Shown here: one piece after another, positions 63,247 through 64,000 of the stretch | Layout of the letters: each line of letters starts with the position of its first letter | How positions within the stretch are numbered: the first letter of the stretch is position 1 | Assembly (NCBI RefSeq): GCF_046119375.1 | Contig: NW_027362771.1 | Location: 261,764,001-261,828,000, forward strand | Direction: 5' to 3' | From: Phyllobates terribilis | Taxonomy: Eukaryota | DNA length: 64,000 nucleotides | The notes under the pieces: model-generated | Seen by the model: only the letters and a program-made list of their open reading frames with translations | Told to the model about the DNA's origin: nothing | Databases searched by the model: none | Translations under genes and position numbers: made by a program

Positions 63247-64000
63247 TATAATTTTTCCAGATTTCGGCAGACAGTCATGTGACTGCTTGTTTTTTGCGGG
63301 ACAAGTTGACGTTTTTATTGGTACCATTTTCAGGCACGTGACATTTTTTGATCACTTTCTATTCCAATCTTTGGGGGGCAGAATAAACAAAAAAACAATT
63401 TAGGAATTGTTTGGTTTTTTTTTTATGCCGTTCCGCTTGTGGTAAAATTGATAAGGCAGCTTTATTCTTCAGGTCAGTACAATTACAGCGGTACCACATT
63501 TATTCTTTTTTTTTATGTTTTGGCGCTTTTACACAAACTATTATAGAAAAAAAAAATTTTTTGCATCGCTTTTTTCTGAGAGCTATAACTTTTTTCTTTT
63601 TTGGCTGATGGAGCTGTATGGCAGCTTGTTTTTTGCAGGACAAAGTTTTCAGCGGTACCATTTTTATTTAAATTTGTCTTTTTGATCGCATTTTATTCCA
63701 CTTTTTGTTTGGCGGTATGATTAAAACAATTTTTTTTTCCCTTAGTGTTTTACTAAAGGGGTTAACTAGTGGGACAGTTTTACAGGTCAGGTCGTTCCGG
63801 ACGTGGCGATACCAAATGTGTACTTTTATAGTTTTATTTTTTTATTTATGGGTTACAATTTTTTTTTTACCACTTTTAACTTAGTCCCACTCTGATCGCA
63901 GTTACAATGTATAGCAGTGCAGGATCACTGCTATACATTATAACCAGTCAGTGCTGCAAACACAAGTTAGTTTGACCATGCACTGCGCACATGATCAAAC

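Larger units (their letters stand above)
60079..64000. mobile_element. Large piggyBac-like non-autonomous element with internal ~390-bp repeats and nested insertions; runs off the window
   Basis: TTAA|CCCCTTTAC start; repeated units starting AAAATGGACCC near 60738 and 61131; similar sequence at about 11500-12750. Confidence 0.55.

Noticed and set aside
59985-64000. DNAJC2 final exon (ELVEMVKAKK...)
   Set aside because: Not found; the region is repeat-filled, so the exon is presumably downstream.

Overview
Eukaryotic, intron-rich vertebrate DNA. An anuran (frog) source is inferred from the repeat families; there is no prokaryotic system and no CRISPR array. Two host genes sit head-to-head. 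PSMC2 (26S proteasome AAA-ATPase Rpt1) is on the minus strand with all 12 coding exons (22387..6365, 1302 nt, 433 aa plus stop). DNAJC2 (MPP11/ZRF1, zuotin-like J protein) is on the plus strand with coding exons 1-16 (28759..59984, 598 codons); its last exon lies beyond the window. The rest is dense with transposons. Highlights: (1) an apparently complete hAT DNA transposon (54872..58013) with a perfect 8-bp TSD, TIRs and a two-exon BED-finger plus DDE transposase of 611 aa that the ORF track splits; (2) a young full-length IR/DR Tc1 element whose open ORF carries Glu in place of the second catalytic Asp; (3) a 569-bp internal piece of that Tc1 family embedded in a MITE between 24-bp direct repeats, each containing the ARE consensus TGACTCAGCA, inside PSMC2; (4) several inverted-repeat modules, three with 12-15-bp flanking direct repeats and three carrying minimal hammerhead-ribozyme motifs, consistent with Penelope-like retroelement ends, plus a decayed Penelope-like RT. 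All calls were made by eye; no database search or alignment was run.
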